From: an uncultured Candidatus Binatia bacterium
GTDB lineage: Bacteria; Desulfobacterota; Binatia; Bin18
DNA: 64,000 bases
Direction: 5' to 3'
Assembly: GCA_965247985.1 (NCBI GenBank)
Contig: OZ252051.1
Span: forward strand, 3,973,045 to 4,037,044
Shown here: in pieces, positions 61,867-64,000 of the stretch
How positions within the stretch are numbered: the stretch's first letter is position 1
Layout of the letters: the number at the start of each line of letters is the position of its first letter
Notes under the pieces: generated by a model
Database searches by the model: none
What the model was told of the DNA's origin: nothing
The model's input: only the letters and a program-made list of their open reading frames with translations
Made by a program: the position numbers and the translations under genes

Positions 61867-62760
61867 CTATTCAACCGAGAGTTCGACGCGGCGGTTCATG
61901 GCTCTGCCTTCCGGATTGTCCGAGCCATCATCTTTGGCATTCGGGGCGAGAGGGTCGATTTCTCCTCGTCCAACTGATCGGAGACGCTCGGCTGTAATCC
62001 CGCGCTCCACCAGATATTCTCGTACAGCTTCCGCTCGATTGTACGAGAGTACCTGGTTAAACGACTCGGGGCCAACCGCGTCAGAGTAACCTTCAATCAG
62101 GACAGATATATTCGGGTTGTCGTTGAGAATACGGACCGCCTCATTCAGCTCCGTCAGGAATTCCGGCTGAACCGTGTAGTCGCTGAAAGCAAAAGGAATA
62201 CCCCGCAGGATAATTTCTTCCGGAGCTTCTTCTCCCCGTGGAGCGTCCTCTTCCTCTTGTGCAGGAGTCGGTGGTGGTAGCGGCGGCCGTGTCGGTTGTG
62301 TACCAGCGTCCTGATGGGGCAACTCCTGCCCGCCCGACCTCTCTGACACGCGCGCCTGCTCGCCAGAACCGGCCCCACCGTCATACAGCAGAACACCCGT
62401 CGCTCCAATAAGCATCACTACCCCAACGATGGCAGACGCGCGCCAATACGTCTGAATGAGAGCGGGGGAGAAACCCGCAAACAGTCCAATCGGGTAGAGC
62501 GCCAAGATAGACCAGTTGGGGGCAAGGACAGCGAGAATTCCACCAGTGACCACGGTTCCGAGGAGGGTAGCCAGAAATTTCTGCACGGCAGTAAAGGACG
62601 GAGGCGGGGCGTCTTCCATGCGGCGATTTGGCCTTTTGCGAACGCCCTGAAGGGATTGGGCGGCCCGCGCCATCCAGCGGACGTTCAGTTGCAGCCAGAC
62701 CTGGCCGTGAACCTTCCCCCACACAAACCCGCACAGAACAGCAGCAAGCGCGATAAGCAC
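61867..62760 (-). CDS. OmpA/MotB C-terminal domain protein with N-terminal TM segments and a Pro-rich linker
   Basis: FAFSDYTVQPEF...L..NPNISVLIEGYSDAVGPESFNQVLSYNRAEAVREYL...RL..VGRGE..P.......GRAMNRRVEL. Confidence 0.8.
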   Translation of the reverse strand: MLIALAAVLCGFVWGKVHGQVWLQLNVRWMARAAQSLQGVRKRPNRRMEDAPPPSFTAVQKFLATLLGTVVTGGILAVLAPNWSILALYPIGLFAGFSPALIQTYWRASAIVGVVMLIGATGVLLYDGGAGSGEQARVSERSGGQELPHQDAGTQPTRPPLPPPTPAQEEEDAPRGEEAPEEIILRGIPFAFSDYTVQPEFLTELNEAVRILNDNPNISVLIEGYSDAVGPESFNQVLSYNRAEAVREYLVERGITAERLRSVGRGEIDPLAPNAKDDGSDNPEGRAMNRRVELSVE

Positions 62761-63037
62761 GTCAGTACTATAATGAGTAAACGTGCCAACATCTACATGT
62801 CTGTTGGAGGGCGCGTTGACTCATTAAGCGCCTGCGTTCTTAAACGCTAGTCTAGCAGGGGCAGACCCAAATCCGGACTATCTCCGCAAATCGGCAGGTC
62901 GTTGAGACGGCACTGCACAAAGACCGCCGCTCAGACCGAGTCCACTTACCAGCTCCACTTGTTGAGGGGTGTACGAACACGATAGGCTTGGGCACCTTGC
63001 AGCCTGGACAGATGCGTCTGTCGAGCCACACAGCAGC

Positions 63038-64000
63038 ATGTCTTTTATGGATACCTCCTCTTTGACTCCAACTCCGGACCCCAAGCCCCGCGTCTTCTAC
63101 GGTTGGTGGTTGGTCGCGCTCAGCGGCTTCATCATGATGCTTGCCCACGTACCGCTTTTTCACGCGATGGGGGTGTGGGCAGTTGCCCTGGAACGAGAAT
63201 TTGGCTGGAGCCGGACCCAACTCAGCCTGGCACTGACCTTTACTCGTATTGAAGGGGGCTTGATGGGCCCGGTCGAGGGCTATCTGGCTGATCGTCTCGG
63301 CACGCGCCGTATGGTTCTCATAGGCCTCTTTTTTCTGGCCACGGGCTTCCTGCTGTTCAGCCAGGTTCAAGGCTTGTGGATGTTTTATACCGCCTACATC
63401 GTCATGGCCGTAGGCCAGGGGTTTGGGGGCTGGCTGCCACTGATGACGATGCTGACCCACTGGTTTGTACGCCGGCGGGCGAGCGCCATCGGCTGGGCCA
63501 ATGTCGGCAGTCGCCTGGGGGCGTTATTCCTCGTCCCAGCGATTGCCTGGGCCATTGACCCCGACTACGACCGTCTCGGCTGGCAGACGACCGCCCTGCT
63601 GCTGGGGGTCTTTACCCTTGTGGTTGCTATTCCGGTTTCGCGGCTCATCCGTGACCGCCCACAGGACTATGACCTGCTGCCCGATGGCGAGCCGGCAGCG
63701 CCAGCAGCGCACAGGGCCGAAGCAAGCGACCCACAACGCCCAGCGACATCTCAGCCTATCAGCCCGACCCACAGTGCCGACCTGACCGCAGCGCAAGCGC
63801 TCAGAACACCCGCCTTTTGGCTCATCTCCTTTGGCCACGGTTTTACCTCCATGGTGCTCTTGGCCATCATGGCCCACCTGGGACTGCTGATGGAGGATGC
63901 CGGCTTTTCGGTTCAGACAACGGCCTGGCTCGTCTCGGTGTACACCGCTATTTCCATGGTCTTTCAGCTCGTTGGCGGATATGTCGGTGATCGCATGCCA
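63038..64000 (+). CDS. MFS transporter (5' partial; runs off the window end; absent from ORF track)
   Basis: The frame is open from TGA at 62963 to the window end. MSFMDTSS...FYGWWLVALSGFIMML...GPVEGYLADRLGTRRMVLIGL...GQGFGGWLP...RRRASAIGW. Alternative ATG at 63047. Confidence 0.85.
   Translation, partial: MSFMDTSSLTPTPDPKPRVFYGWWLVALSGFIMMLAHVPLFHAMGVWAVALEREFGWSRTQLSLALTFTRIEGGLMGPVEGYLADRLGTRRMVLIGLFFLATGFLLFSQVQGLWMFYTAYIVMAVGQGFGGWLPLMTMLTHWFVRRRASAIGWANVGSRLGALFLVPAIAWAIDPDYDRLGWQTTALLLGVFTLVVAIPVSRLIRDRPQDYDLLPDGEPAAPAAHRAEASDPQRPATSQPISPTHSADLTAAQALRTPAFWLISFGHGFTSMVLLAIMAHLGLLMEDAGFSVQTTAWLVSVYTAISMVFQLVGGYVGDRMP

Noticed and set aside
62852-63460. 202-aa minus-strand ORF near the window end
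   Set aside because: It overlaps a plus-strand open frame that reads as a typical MFS transporter. That frame is not in the ORF track because it has no stop inside the window. The minus-strand product is Arg/His/Pro-rich without motifs.

Overview
This is a GC-rich bacterial chromosomal window, coding on both strands. I can support about 75 protein genes. I saw no rRNA, tRNA or CRISPR array.

Layout:
- (i) 0.2-5.3 kb, housekeeping: CorC/HlyC transporter, glutaredoxin-like protein, CutA, RlpA, Smr, PD40 propeller.
- (ii) 5.3-7.4 kb, decayed accessory islet: intact HicAB, the fused 5' stumps of a convergent retron-type reverse transcriptase gene and a Fic gene, and a 42-codon restriction-enzyme N-terminal stump.
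- (iii) 7.4-29.9 kb, nitrogen block: rpe, rpsA, glnE, porin-glnB-amtB, a GAF histidine kinase with a sigma-54 activator, a CPA2 antiporter fused to PTS-EIIA, and porin + SBP-cynS-permease-ATPase (cyanate). Three near-identical -24/-12 promoters (TGGCAT-N5-YTGCT) precede the two porin genes and the cyanate operon.
- (iv) 30-38 kb, mixed metabolism with two ORF-poor structured spacers.
- (v) 38.5-44.9 kb, a translationally coupled operon: FAD subunit, 2Fe-2S subunit, Mo-hydroxylase, acyl-CoA ligase, crotonase. The gene logic resembles hmfABCDE.
- (vi) 45-51.8 kb, two predicted selenoprotein genes. The ORF track splits both at in-frame TGA codons. One is a PRX_like2 redoxin with W-U-P-Y-C. The other is a UGSC-family protein with A-U-G-S-C, sitting in an operon with an unknown 350-aa protein, RidA, MaoC and a D-aminoacylase.
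- (vii) 51.9-53.4 kb, toxin-antitoxin modules, one toxin carrying a premature stop.
- (viii) 57.3-59.5 kb, a Co-type nitrile-hydratase/thiocyanate-hydrolase-like locus. The beta subunit is split into two genes with an SDR gene between them.

Several dispersed repeat families recur in spacers: heptad-periodic GACTTNN elements, GTAGGTCGG-type REP hairpins and GGGAGAGGG elements. Some of them supply the last codons and stop codons of genes. All homology statements come from motif recognition by eye. No database search was run.
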